From: Marsupella aquatica
Lineage: Eukaryota > Plantae > Marchantiophyta
Assembly: GCA_973895155.1 (NCBI GenBank)
Contig: OZ316891.1
Coordinates: forward strand, 5,861,708-5,925,707
DNA: 64,000 nucleotides
Direction: 5' to 3'
Of the stretch, positions 35,457 through 48,000 are shown one piece after another. The notes under the pieces are model-generated. The model was not told where the DNA came from and searched no databases. It saw only the letters and a list, made by a program, of their open reading frames with translations. How positions within the stretch are numbered: position 1 is the first letter of the stretch; every line of letters starts with the position of its first letter. Made by a program: the position numbers and the translations under genes.

Positions 35457-38075
35457 TCATTGAGATACTGATCCTGATCCATGAAGATACCGACAAGCTG
35501 AACGAGACCTCACTTGTGTTTTGGAAGGGCTCACCCTAATTGGACGTGAGCCAAGAACAGCACCACGGCAGCTCAGAGCAGCTACAGCACTCTCAGGGCT
35601 CAAGAATTCCACAAAAGCAATTTTCGTGAGTTGATCGCTGTCCACCAGCAGTCTCAAACGAGCAACCTGCCCACAGTGAAATTCAAAAAATCGCTTCACA
35701 ACCACCTCAGTTGCCTTTTTGTCAATATTTGTGCAGTAAACGGTAGATGCACACGTTTCCCTCTCATCGTCAGACCTAGGAAGAAGTCTTGGATTCACAG
35801 GTAGCACTGCAGTTTTGGAAGGCAAAACGGTTATAGGCTGACAACTATCCAACATCATTCCTGTGAGCCTCAATGCTCTAAGTGCACCATCCTCGTCAAC
35901 AAACTCCACAAATGCAGACCGAAGTGGGGAGTCTTGGCACCCCGATATGCGGCAATCCACAACCTGTCCACAACCCTTGGAGATAAAGATAGCCGCAAGT
36001 TGCGTTTCCGTAAGTTGTTGGTTGATGTCCAGAATGTAAACAGTTCTTCGAATTTTATCTTCCAAGATACTGTCTTCCCTATGTTGGGGCCGATCGTTCC
36101 TGTGTCCATTCCCTGTAGATGAAGATCCCGCTTGTCTTGCAGGAGAATCTGAAGAAACAAACCTAGAACGTGGAACAAACTCCATTGCAAGTGGATTCAG
36201 CTTGTAAAGCCTTAGGCTTTCATAACTTGCGTTATGCCCCTCTAGTGCAGTTTCTTCCTCAACTCCTGCTTCTAATTCCGCACCCTCCCCGCTTGCCTCA
36301 GAACCTTGAGTAACCATTGCAATATCATCTAGTGCAACACCTTCAGCCCCCACAGCGGTTTGAGTCCCCATTCCATTCTCATCGAGTGCGGCACCCTCCT
36401 CAGTCGTTGTCAGAAGGGCTTCAGTCTCCAAGCTATCGGCATCTAGCGCGGCACAATGCTCACTAATCTTCGTGCATCGAGTCACTAATATTCCACGAGC
36501 ATCCAGTACAACACCTTCCTCTCCTGCACACTCCTCACTTGCGTCGGGGGATGGACTCACCATTTCTTGGGCATCCGGCACAACACCCTCCTCTTCGGCA
36601 CACTCTTCAGCTGGCTCTGGGCATGGAGTCGCCATTCCATGGGCATCCGGCATGACACTTTCCTCTTCGGCACACTCCTCAGTTGCCGCGGGGCATAGAC
36701 TCACCATTCCATGGGCTTCCGGCACAATACCCTCCTCTTGCGCACACTCCGCTTGTCTTGCAAGAGAACCAGAAGCAAACCTAGAAGCTGTAACAAACTC
36801 CATTGCCAATGCATTCAGCTTGGGCTTCCTTGTGTTATCATTATTTGGCCCATGCCCTTGTAGTGTAGTTTGTTCCTGAACTCCTTCTGCTTCTAATTCA
36901 GCACGCTCCCCGCTTGCCTCAGAACCTTGAGTTGCAATGGCATCTAGTGCAACATCATCCCCCACAGTGGTTTGAGTCCGTCTTGCAAGAGAACCAGAAA
37001 CAAACCTAGAAGGCGCACACTCCGCTTGTCGTGCAAGAGAACCAGAAGCAAACCTAGAAGCTGTAACAAACTCCATTGCCAATGCATTCAGCTTGGGCTT
37101 CCTTGTTCTATCATTATTTGGCCCATGCCCTTGTAGTGTAGTTTGTTCCTGAACTCCTTCTGCTTCTAATTCAGCACGCTCCCCGCTTGCCTCAGAACCT
37201 TGAGTTGCAATGGCATCTAGTGCAACATCATCCCCCACAGCGGTTTGAGTCCCCATTCCATCCTCATCTAGTGCGGCCCCCTTCTCAGTTACCACAACGG
37301 CTTGAGTCTCCAAGCCATCGGCATCTGGTGCGGCACACTCTTGATTTATCTGTGCTGTGCATCGACTCACTAATATTCCATGAGCATCCAGTACAGCATC
37401 TTCCTCTTCGGCACACTCCTCACTTGCTTCGGGGCCTGGACTCGCCATTCCTTGGGCATGCGGCACAACACCCTCCTCTTCGGCACACTCTTCAGTTGGC
37501 TCTGGGCATGGACTCGCCATTCCATGGGCATCCGGCATGACACTTTCCTCTTCGGCACACTCCTCGGTTACCTTGGGGGAATGACTCACCATTCCATCGG
37601 CATCCGTCACAACACCCTCCACTTCGGCACACTCGTCAGTTGCCTGAAGGCATCGACTCACCATTCCATCGGCATCCAGCACCACACGCTCCTGCACTAC
37701 ACGCTCCTCAATTGCATCCGGGTATCGAGTCACCATTCCATCAGCATTCAGCACAACACCCTCCTCTTTGCCACACTGCTCAATTGCCAATGGATATCGA
37801 GTCACCATTCCACCGAATTGATTCCCCACTCCATTGACGACATCTAGTGCAGCACCCTCCGCGGCTTCCACAGCAGTTGAAATCCTTACTACAGCAGCCA
37901 CATTATTTGCAACAGGACCTTGAGTTGCCAGCCCATCTCCAAGCATATCTTGTGGGGGTGGCGACTCAAGGGGTGAAGATATTTGCTTGCGAATAGCAGG
38001 CCCTAACAACTGACCTGCCTGTGGGGCACCGTGAATCTGCTGCCGCTCCTGAGAGGGTTCTAACTTGTTTGCCAT
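35457..38075 (-). CDS. Poly(A)-binding-protein-interacting CID8-13-like protein (PAM2 + 2 RRM) with a long acidic repeat N-terminus; intronless, ~872 aa
   Basis: PAM2-like KLNALAMEFV twice and KLNPLAMEFVP once. RRM1 IRRTVYILDINQQLTE...CGQVVDCRI...AFVEF, linker VLPSKTAVLPVNPRLLPRSDDERETC, and RRM2 TVYCTNIDKK...IAFVEF...PIRVSPSKT match the CID11/12 pattern. First ATG at 38075 (the ORF track starts at GTG 38120). Confidence 0.85.
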   Translation of the reverse strand: MANKLEPSQERQQIHGAPQAGQLLGPAIRKQISSPLESPPPQDMLGDGLATQGPVANNVAAVVRISTAVEAAEGAALDVVNGVGNQFGGMVTRYPLAIEQCGKEEGVVLNADGMVTRYPDAIEERVVQERVVLDADGMVSRCLQATDECAEVEGVVTDADGMVSHSPKVTEECAEEESVMPDAHGMASPCPEPTEECAEEEGVVPHAQGMASPGPEASEECAEEEDAVLDAHGILVSRCTAQINQECAAPDADGLETQAVVVTEKGAALDEDGMGTQTAVGDDVALDAIATQGSEASGERAELEAEGVQEQTTLQGHGPNNDRTRKPKLNALAMEFVTASRFASGSLARQAECAPSRFVSGSLARRTQTTVGDDVALDAIATQGSEASGERAELEAEGVQEQTTLQGHGPNNDNTRKPKLNALAMEFVTASRFASGSLARQAECAQEEGIVPEAHGMVSLCPAATEECAEEESVMPDAHGMATPCPEPAEECAEEEGVVPDAQEMVSPSPDASEECAGEEGVVLDARGILVTRCTKISEHCAALDADSLETEALLTTTEEGAALDENGMGTQTAVGAEGVALDDIAMVTQGSEASGEGAELEAGVEEETALEGHNASYESLRLYKLNPLAMEFVPRSRFVSSDSPARQAGSSSTGNGHRNDRPQHREDSILEDKIRRTVYILDINQQLTETQLAAIFISKGCGQVVDCRISGCQDSPLRSAFVEFVDEDGALRALRLTGMMLDSCQPITVLPSKTAVLPVNPRLLPRSDDERETCASTVYCTNIDKKATEVVVKRFFEFHCGQVARLRLLVDSDQLTKIAFVEFLSPESAVAALSCRGAVLGSRPIRVSPSKTQVRSRSACRYLHGSGSVSQ

Positions 38076-38880
38076 TGAATTTTCTGATGTCTCTATAGAC
38101 GCGAGAGAGTCAGTTCTCACGACGACGAATTAAGCAAGTTTCTATCGAAATCGAAGTTTCTATCGAGTACTCTCTCTTCTGATGTTTCTATGACGAGAGA
38201 GAGTCAGTTCTCATGAAAACGAAGGAATCTTCTATAGAGGTCCCTCCTCTCTAGTTCTCATGAAGGTCTCTCAGTTGACATGAAGCAGAAGGAATACTCT
38301 CTCAGTTGACATGAAGGCGAAGGAAAACTCTCGCGCGCTCTCGCTTTCTCTCCTGTGCAGCTAAACTGTGAGACTCCCCGATAGTCATATCTCATACCTA
38401 AGGTCCCCTTAAATATCTACTGTCCCCTCACTTACAGCCCCTGTTAGAGGAGCATTCGAAGCTTTGTTACCACATCTAGGTTCCCTGTTAGAGGAGCATT
38501 CGAAGCTTTGTTACCGCATTAGGTTTGACTGATACTTGACTGATCAGTTGGGAGACCTTATATATGGTGATCTAAATTTTAACGTGTAGCAAACTAGTGA
38601 CCCCTGGTAGCAGGTCATTGAGCCTGATATGCACTGTATTCACTGCCAAGCCCAAGGATAAATTTAAAAAATCAAAATAATGCTTTTATCTAACTAAGTG
38701 TTGTGTGCAAGAACAATGGATGAGTAAGTTCCTTCTCAAAGGAACCAATATTTTAAGCTTAGTTTATGAATTTGGAGACCCCATGGAGCACAAGGTTGGT
38801 TTATGAATTTGGAGACCCCCATGGATCCACACATTTCCCAAAATTTGAACTTATTTAATTAATTGTAATAATTAACCCAA

Positions 38881-39967
38881 TTGCATCCATTACCAATAAT
38901 GGGTTTGGGATATCGATGGAGTTTGGACTTTGCTAGTCCATTACCTTTTACCCAACGTCATAATCAATATGTGTTGGTTATGGTGGATCACTTCTCCAAG
39001 TGTATTGAACTAGTGGCATTGCTAGATAAAACTAGTGGAGGAGTGGCTATCACATTTTTGAATCGAGTACTCAGTCATTTTGGAGCACCAGCTGAGGTGT
39101 TGACTGATTAGGGCACGGAATTTCACGGAGAGTTTGAGGGTTTGTGTGAGCAAGCTCTTATTGATCATTGTTCTATTTCTCGTGATCATCCTGAGACAGA
39201 TGGATTGGCAGAGAAAGTTGTGCAAAACGTGAAGAGCTAGAGGATTGCGTAAGTATGGCTTGTAGGTTGATCATTTGGGAGATTGGGATCTCCAGCTACC
39301 TTGGTTAGCTATGGGCTACCATTTCAGTCAACAAGCATCACTTGCATCCTTCTCACCTTATTTCTTGCTCTATGGTAGAGAGCCAGATTTGCTAGCAACT
39401 ATTCATCGTGATGTGGCAATTGTTGTGGATTTGGATGATCTTGATGTTTGGGTCAAGGTGTGTTCAGAGAGGGCACAAGTTTTTGAGAGAGTCATGCCCA
39501 TGGCCTTTGAAAACCTTGTCATTGCTCAACATCGTGATACTTTGAGGTATGTCATTATTCGTGGAGGAGGTTATCGTGCGAGGATTCGACGGTTTCATCC
39601 TGGTGATTTTGTTTATTTGCAGCAAACAGCACCAACGACACTTGATGTGACCGTAGGTCGGACAATCTTACGTGAGTGTGAAGTGTTGTCTTCTGGTGTC
39701 CTAATGTTGGAAGGACGTGATGGTATGGTTTGGAAGGATCATGTGCGCAATTGTGCACCATGTCATCTTTCAAACCATTGATGGTATCATAGATCCAAGT
39801 TTGGCTCAAGTTCGTGTCGGCTTGAAGTGTATGTTGTGTGGGTCTGCTCAAGGAGCAGCCAATATGTTGATTTGTGATAAGTGTTCTAGATGATGCACAT
39901 GTCATGTTTGACACCACCGTTGGAGGTGATTCCTAGTGGATCATGGTTGGGTCCTCAATGTTGGTGA
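38881..39967 (+). mobile_element. Degenerate Ty3/Gypsy integrase core with a C-terminal PHD finger
   Basis: WSLDFASPLP..YVLVMVDHFSK..FGAPAEVLTD*GTEF..HPETDGLAEKVV..WDLQLPWLAMGY..SPYFLLYGREP, followed by CMLC..MLICDKC..HMSCLTPPLEVIPSGSWLGPQC. Stops and frameshifts are present, and RT and gag are missing. Confidence 0.9.
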
Positions 39968-40140
39968 AGTCGACTAGTTATCATTTGTGTGCTCATGGAA
40001 AGTATAGATTACAGGAAGGTGATCAATGGGCTCACTTGCACCCGGCCTCCTGATCTTCACACTTAAAAAAGTGTATACCAACCTTGTAGAACTTATGGCT
40101 AGCTAGAGTTAGAGGACCTCACTCCTAACTAGGAGGCGAT

Positions 40141-40549
40141 TGTGGGTTTTGGACATGTGTAGATAGCAGTTCCACTTGTACTTCATTCTCTTATGTTTGT
40201 GATATTGATTGTGATTATGCTTAGATGTGTGTGACAAGCGATGTATGTTGTGTAGCAATATGTATGCGCATGACATGGGAGATCTAGATCCTAAGTAAGG
40301 GGTTACTTACCGGAGTGTTTGGTTGCTTACAGTGCAGACAGTGAGGACCGTGGAGCGATGATCGTGCTAGAGAGCGAGTGCGGCTTTGTATGGGAGGGGT
40401 CGTTGGTGGTGTTGAGGGCACCAACTTGCTTGCTTGAGGAGTTCCGTGGAGGCGTCCGGGCACCAAGGGTATTTAGGCGTGGGTGTTGGGATTGGTGAGG
40501 GCACTGGGTGGCAAGGTCCACCACTCTAGTTAACCCAACCTAGTCCACA
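40141..40549 (+). mobile_element. Putative 3' LTR of the Gypsy remnant
   Basis: Begins TGTGG after the purine-rich AGGAGGCGAT and ends CCACA (inverted termini). There is no second LTR in the window to confirm it. Confidence 0.45.
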
Positions 40550-41072
40550 AGTGAAGTTTGTTCTAACTACAATTACAATCATGACACTATATCTAATCTG
40601 ACTAAGATCCTAACACAATATTGGGTAGCCTACAAGTCCATACCAAACTTTACCCCAATTAGGGTAAGTTGGTTTTGCCAAAACATAATCCTAGTTGAGA
40701 TATTTTCATTATTGAGAAATTAAGGAGGGGTCAAATTGCCATTTCAAGCCCTATAGGGCTTGCTATAAGGAAATTGTTTTGCCCCTCATAATTTGGAATA
40801 TACTTGCAATTTGGTTTTCTAAACCCTATCTTTTGTTATAAGTCTCAAAATTGGATTTCAATGGCCCTAGTGTTCTTCCACATAAATTTTAAGTCTTTCT
40901 TTCAAACCAATAAATGGCCATATGTTTTGTTGCATGTGATGTGCCATGTGTAAATTAAAAACCATCGGCTCCGAACTAGACAGCAAATGCGGAACATGAG
41001 AGAGACACTCAAATGTTCCAATGCGGAACATGATGTTACACCCCCAATTGCAATCTCCCTCCAACCTATACC

Positions 41073-41342
41073 CTCGAGGGTCTCACTATATGGATGCCTC
41101 CCCATCACCTATGATGTTTTTTTAGGCCTGGGACCCCCTAAAATGTAAGAAAAATTATTATTTTTCAACTCCTATAAAATTGGTTAGAAAAACCCTATTA
41201 TTCTTATAAGTCTCAAAATTGGATTTAAAAATCCCTATTGTTCTTCTAAAAAATATTTTTAAGTCTTGCATTCAAACCAATAAAATGACCCTATCCTTCG
41301 TTGCACGTGATGTGCCATTTTTGTGGAAGTGAAACCCCCGAG
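41073..41342 (-). mobile_element. Second MITE copy (family of 13938-14226) with 8-bp TSD
   Basis: TIRs CTCGAGGGTCTCAC ... GTGAAACCCCCGAG. Flanks CCTATACC (41065-41072) and CCGATACC (41343-41350). A further partial internal copy lies at ~40820-40950. Confidence 0.8.
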
Positions 41343-41350
41343 CCGATACC

Positions 41351-41702
41351 CCCTAAGGGGCCAAGATGTGTAGGCCTAATCTAAGCGAATCTTATCCTAA
41401 TGAAATCCAGGGTAAACTAACCCTAGTAAGGCCAAAGTAAGACAGTAGAAATTGGGAACTCGAGCCAATTCCTAAGTAACAATCTCCACCTTGACTCCAG
41501 TTCACACAATGAGTCAAATGAAACACAATATGTAACTAAGTAACATATCTACATGATAGTCTCTGGTTTGGCCCTAACATCAACAATATATAGACAATGA
41601 TTATTTAAAGCTATTGGTTGGTAAAACTTTGGGAAGCATGTCTGTCACATTTTCCTCTGAAGCCACCTTCTGTAGAAACATATGCTTCGTCTCAATCACT
41701 TG
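41351..41702 (-). mobile_element. Ty1/Copia 3' remnant (RNase H C-terminus, PPT, start of 3' LTR)
   Basis: The minus strand of ~41600-41700 translates as VIETKHMFLQKVASEENVTDMLPKVLPTNSFK*, matching the Copia ..ENPADMLTKPLP..F end. PPT CAAGGTGGAGAT is followed by TGTTAC at 41481. Confidence 0.7.
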
Positions 41703-44700
41703 ACGGATGAAGTGGCAATCACATGAAGATTACGGAGTGTCTTCGCCCGTTGTGATCGGGCCGACCCCGTGCTCATGCCTAGGCCCTCAGATCCCGTTGT
41801 TGCCTGGGACCCCCGATCGGCCAAACCCGGATCGAGTTGTAACTCATGCCCCAAGCGTCCGTTGCCCATGGAGTGAACTCCATTTGCCTTGGGCCCAAGA
41901 GGAGCTCTCACTCAAGCCCTCAAACTCAAAATCCGTCCGAGGGTCCGGACGGTTGACCTTGAGTCCGGCCCTTTCTACTTGACCCAACCAGCTTTCAGCT
42001 AGTCTAAGTCTTTATTGTGTGTCACCAGCTTAGTGTCTTGCCTTCGCCAGTGTCACGCCCCATTGCCCACAAGTCCCCCCATGCTAAGTCCTCCCCAAAT
42101 GGTTGTTCCGGGACTAGACCATAGGCCGGGGAGAGCTCGACGTCGGAGTCAGCGACGTTAGAGCTAAGTGTTAAAGTAGTCGAGTTCCGCAGCTCATACC
42201 CTCAAAAATATTTTTGAAAATTCTGTCTTAAATTAATATTATCAATATTGGATTAGAAAACCTATGTTTGTCCACACAAATTTAATATAATAAGCTTTTC
42301 ACTAAACTATAATTATCAAGCAGGTTCTGCCCTCCCACACCCACATTGCTTGTACATGGTTGAGTCAACTCAACAATACAAACCGGGGATGGATGTCATG
42401 CAATTTGTTTGTAGACAGATGTAGGGGCCCATACTAGTGGGGAAGAATTGCATGTCATATGGGGTTAGTCTTATCCCATTAAGCTAACCCACTTACAAAA
42501 CGGGGGCCACCGTCTAATGAATCATGCTTTTTTGGGGGGCTAATTTGACTAGTTTGAGGGACAAGGGTTTATCTACTCATTATAATATACAATCCCGCTT
42601 TTTTTCCTTATCGTCTGCTTACAAAATGCACTTTTGGAGGGAACTCATCATAACCCTTGGATTTAAAGCCTAAATATCCGTGTCCATGAGATCTGGTGAC
42701 AGGAAGAATAAAGATTCTGTCACTCTATCCTAGCTTAGGACATAGATGCGCTTCCACCCACACCTGCTTCCACCCACACCTAGACTATGGCACTGACATC
42801 CATATAATTATTCTAATATCAAGGTGATTGGAAATTGAATGTGAGTTGACATGTGGCTATAATGGGTAGGTGGGTCTAACAAGAAAATCTAAGTAGACCC
42901 CACATCACTTTTGTACACATGCTTGCCCCATTCACATAAAGTAAACTTATACAAAAAGAACAATACAAATTAGAGTTTTGAGTTGAAACCACATTATTCA
43001 TAGGAAAGTGGAAAAAGGCTATTGAGGGGAGAACTAAATTTCTTATTTTTTCTCTCCTCTCTATGAAGTATTTTTTTTCAACTTACATTAACACTAAATA
43101 CTAAATTCTTTTTACCAATAACCATATTGACCAAGGACACAATGGCCCCAAACATAAAATGGGCACAAAAATGAAATGGTCACAATGATAATTGCTTGCA
43201 ACAATGAAATAGTTGCAACAATAAAATGGCTGTAATGACCATTGTGCAGCGCATGGGCAATGGGTTTATATAATTACGCTATCCTGCCTAAAAGCTTCCG
43301 TGCAATCACTCGACATCTTAAGCTTCTGTGCAAATCAACTTCATATCTTTATCGCTTCAATATATTTTTCTCTCCTCGACATCTTTTATCACCCCAACAT
43401 CTTTATATCACTTTCACTTACCTTCACTTTTTTTATCACCTCGACATCTTTCGATCACCTCAATATCTTTCCTGCAATGCAGAGGCACCGGTCTACTAAA
43501 ACTATGTTACCCTTACAAGAATTTGGTCGCGTGGTCTCTGTAAGAAGTAACTTCGTACCTTCCCCCCTGGAGGTTCTTCACAGATTGTACCTGCTCGAAA
43601 AGCAAGATTCATACCTTTGCTCTTGGATCCAATCGAACCCAAGATGTGGGAACTTTTTCGGCTCGATTCAACGGCTGGCCTTCTGACACAGAGGTTTTCC
43701 CTCATAAAAAGAAGGAGAGCAACCATCACAACAGGGACATATGAAAAGAAGCAACAACTTGAGGCTCAATGCATCTCAGCTCAGCTCATGACAGTCAGGT
43801 TCCTCAACACCATCGCAGTCCCTTCCGAATCTGCCGATCTGTGCCTCTTGCTGTTGGTGCTATTAGTGAGCAGTTAGAAGGCACAAAAATCATAATGGTG
43901 AGGCGGAGAGAGTGATCGAGCTCCTGGAGGTACCAAAGCATTGTGCTTATGAGCGGCAGGATCGTGTTGGCATCTCTTGTGCTGGTTGTGCTCTTCTCAA
44001 AGTCCGCAAGAATGGTTTTCATTGAGGTGCCTCTCTCACTCTCTCCCTCTCCCTCTACACATCATCGTTCTATGGTCAGATGCACATTTTAGCCAAATGC
44101 TGCCTGTCGATTGGTCTCTTGCTCGTCCGTGCATTGGAGTGGGATCTCCCCTGTCCCTTCCTCTCGTTAATTAAAGGGAAGAGGCCTTGTTCGATTGTTA
44201 TGTAAACTTGTACATCCTCTGTGTATGTCGGGTTGTCCGTCCCTCATTCAATCGGTCTCTCGTTCTCTCGCATATTCTGGAAGATTGATATGGTTGATAT
44301 GTGTCGTGTTGAAAGGAATGTTCGATGATGTCGGTCATAAACTCTTTGTCCAAGCGTAGGGCGCCATTCCTCTTTACATGTATTGGGTTGTTTCTCTTTT
44401 GTGCCCTGTTCTGCCTGAATCTTGAATTTTGAATTGGTAAGTGGACGAGAACTCTTTTGTCCACGCACAGGGCGTCAATTCTCGTTACGCATATTGGTTT
44501 GTTTCTCGTTTGTGCCCTGCTGTGCCGGAATCCTGAATTAGTACGCGGTCGAGAATCAACCTGCAACAGGAGATGTACAGTGAAAATCTACAGCTCGGAT
44601 GTGTGCTGTGAGCTTCGACTTCGACAGCCCAGGTTCTGAAATGTCAAATGGGGAGTCTCGAATGGCTTCCGCTTCAGCTGGATTGTATCTTCAGACGCCT

Positions 44701-45004
44701 CCGATAGTAGCAATTGTGATGAATCTGGAGGGATTCCACGTTTCGGATTCCGAAGACATTTTAGTCAGTCTTTCAGATGAAGAAACCGGCCAATGCAAAA
44801 CGCACGGGATCAACTTTGTGCATGAAGCTTTTCCCCTGGAATCGCGTATAAACCAGTTCGCATAGAAGCGATTTTCCATAATTTTGCGTGAAGATTCGAT
44901 TGCGCAATTTGGGATGGCCGTAAAGCTGCAGCAGGCCATATCTGACTTGGGCTACCAACTCTCTCATCTGACTTGTCGACCGATACGCAGATGGTTGTCA
45001 TTTT

Positions 45005-48000
45005 ATGCACTTTGTCACTGAATTGCGCGACACCTTCACAAAATGCTGTCGATGTTCTTTATCCTGTTTTGAGTTGGATCTACCGAGTGATTTGGTCAAA
45101 TGGGAAGTGTGCCTTGTATCACTGGTAAGCTTTATTGCCCTGATTATTCGACAAAACTTAAATCCATAACGCTCATTAGTACGGCTACTGACGTTTGCGG
45201 TTTTGACTGCAGGCGTACAGAGCGGCGGGGTTTCTCTCCTATGGCACCCTGAACTTCACTCGATCAGCATTCTTGTACAGCTTCTCAGCCACCTTCATTT
45301 ATATGTTTGATAACGTCCATGTTTCTTTCCTAACTCGTGGCGACAATCGCTTTACGCTCTCCATCTCCGATTGATTGAACAATTATACGCTCGTGAGCAT
45401 TCAATTTCTGTTAAATCTTTGACGTGGTTCCCAAGTTGGAGCGGGTTGTGCATGCAGACTTTGATAAGGTGTTAAGAAATATTCTGGCGTGAATTTTCAA
45501 TTGCGGTGATACTATCTGTAATTCACAGACTTTCTCGAAATTTGTTATCAATGGAATGCAGGAAACATGCCAAGAAGTTCAAGGAGGAGGACACGCAGAC
45601 AGACATGACTGGAAAAAACTGTATCATAACTGGAGCCAATCAGGGCATCGGCTATGCCACTGCTGAAGCCCTAGCCTCCAGGTATCCATTGGACAATAGT
45701 GTGCCCCGGGTGAACACACTGCTCACTTTGTGTAGATTAAGCTGCCCTTAGCGATAGCTCTGGTTGGTCTCCTTACGCATATCCTAGGAGATATCAGGGT
45801 TTTTGTTGACAACAGTTAAGGAACACTGCAGAACAGAAGATGCATGATAAGACAGTTTCTGCACTCTCCTGCTTAAAAATGCTTTCTCGCTTATGCTCGA
45901 GATGATCGCTTACTCATTGGTACTGTTTACAGGGGTGCAAATGTTTATCTGGTTTGCCGTAGCCAGGCTAAGGGAGAGAAAGCTGTTTCGGACATTAAAG
46001 AAAAAACAGACAACCAAAATATCACTCTTGAGGTAATCATGTAATTGATTGCTAAGTGCGCTTGGTGGTTATTGTATCCTGGTCACGGTCTTTCAATGAT
46101 CCAGTTAATCTTTACTGTGTACGTTTAAGAGGCTAGATAGGTTCCTGATTAAAAGAGCAAGCAAGTTACAGGCGAGACATCTGCAGTGATTTATTCCAAC
46201 GTGATGGTATTTTGCAGGTCTGCGATTTATCTTCGATGCAGCAGATTAGAGACCTTGCAACAAAATATGCTTCCACAGATCAACCGCTTCATGTATTGGT
46301 ATGCTGCTTTCAATGACAACAGCACGTTCGCTTCATGGAATTTATTCGCCACTACACCCTTATGCAATCACCAGGAATGAATTTGTCTCAAAATTCAGCA
46401 TGCTTGTTACCGTATGGATGTCTGCTTGAGCTGCACGAAATGAAGGGAACAAGCGAGTTGGGGATTGGTGGAAGTCTGAATGTTTAATGCCGAGACAATA
46501 TTTCAAAATGGTGAATCCTTGACTTCATCTTTATTCAGGTGAACAATGCGGGATTAATGGAGAATGAGAGAGTAACCACTGCTGATGGGTAAGGAGTCCT
46601 TATCAGAGAGATCCATTCGTACGGCATTGTCATGTTCGGTATAGGGAACCTTTAAGATCATCCGTCTGATGTCTATTTGTAAAAACCTCAATGTCTAAAT
46701 GTTCATTATCACCTTCTCTTTTTGAAACCCTTCCCCTGTTCAGTTCTGATCAAGGCTGGGGGCTCAGGGCTGGCCTTTTCAGTCTCATTATAGGTCCAAT
46801 ATAACCCCACTCTGGAAATTTTCCTGGAAGTGTGGCAACCTTATATTGTACAGGATAGAGTTCCCTGGTTCGTCTTCATGTTTGTGAAAAATAACTGAGT
46901 CCATAATAACTGTTACCTCGCATGTTACAAGCGTGAGGTTTTGTGTTCTAGTAAGAGAAGTCTGTTTTTTCCTTGGACAGGTTGGAGATGAACTTTGCAG
47001 TGAATGTTGCGGGCGTGTATGCCCTTACAGAGTTACTCATTCCTGCACTTGAGAAAGCAGCACCAGAGGCACGCGTGATTAATGTTTCCTCCGGAGGAAT
47101 GTATACGCAACCCCTCTCAACATATTTACAGGTGCATCGTAGAAAGAGGGCTTGCAAAGCTTCCATTTTTACGAAAATGTTATTTTTGGCAACTATATGG
47201 TACTCCCTCAGGGAGAAGAGATGGATCGTGGGAACTTAACACAACAGCGATGTAGATTGCGCTTGAGACTTGCCTAAACTAAAGTATCCATGTTTTGTTC
47301 TCATCAAAGTAACCCACATACAGTAGTATCTTACAAGCACTCTGTTCACGTAAATTAGATTCTGATCCTCATTTTTCGCCGGAAATGAGCTAATAACTGT
47401 ATTTGAATATTGTTTTAGATCGTAAAGAGTGTTTGGTACGCCATCTACCCAAGTATTTCGACAAGATTTGATTAGTCATCTGACCACTTGAAAATCTTGT
47501 TGAGGTCGACATGGCTTCTAAATTAGAGGGGACTTGTGGTCTTTGCAGTATGAGGACCAAAAGAAGATGGATGGTACCAGCCAATATGCACGAAACAAGC
47601 GAGTTCAGGTACACACCACTTTCCGAATCTAGCGTTGTAGGTGTTCTGCTGCTGTATGATACAACAAAACCAAGGTTCAGATATGACCCTCGTGCAGGTA
47701 TCTCTTCTGATTCTAATGCTGAGGGGTGTCCTTGTCATCGTCGTAACATACGTGTTCATGAAATTGTTCGTTTTCTGGCAGGTGGCACTTGCTGAGCATT
47801 GGACTGAAGTGTATGGTTCAAGGGGTATTAGTTTCTACACAATGCATCCAGGCTGGGCAGACACGGGTGCGCTGCAAAAAAGCATGCCATCCTTTCGAGA
47901 GAGGTGCTAAATCTGTGGCCTACTTTCTGTGTTGATATTCGAGTCAGTTCTCTATGTTGTCTGCCTGTAGATTCTTGCCTAATTGAATGCAGGCGATAAG

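Noticed and set aside
43240-45000. Cluster of short ORFs upstream of the SDR gene
   Set aside because: No recognisable family or consistent splice structure; part of it is low-complexity repeat.
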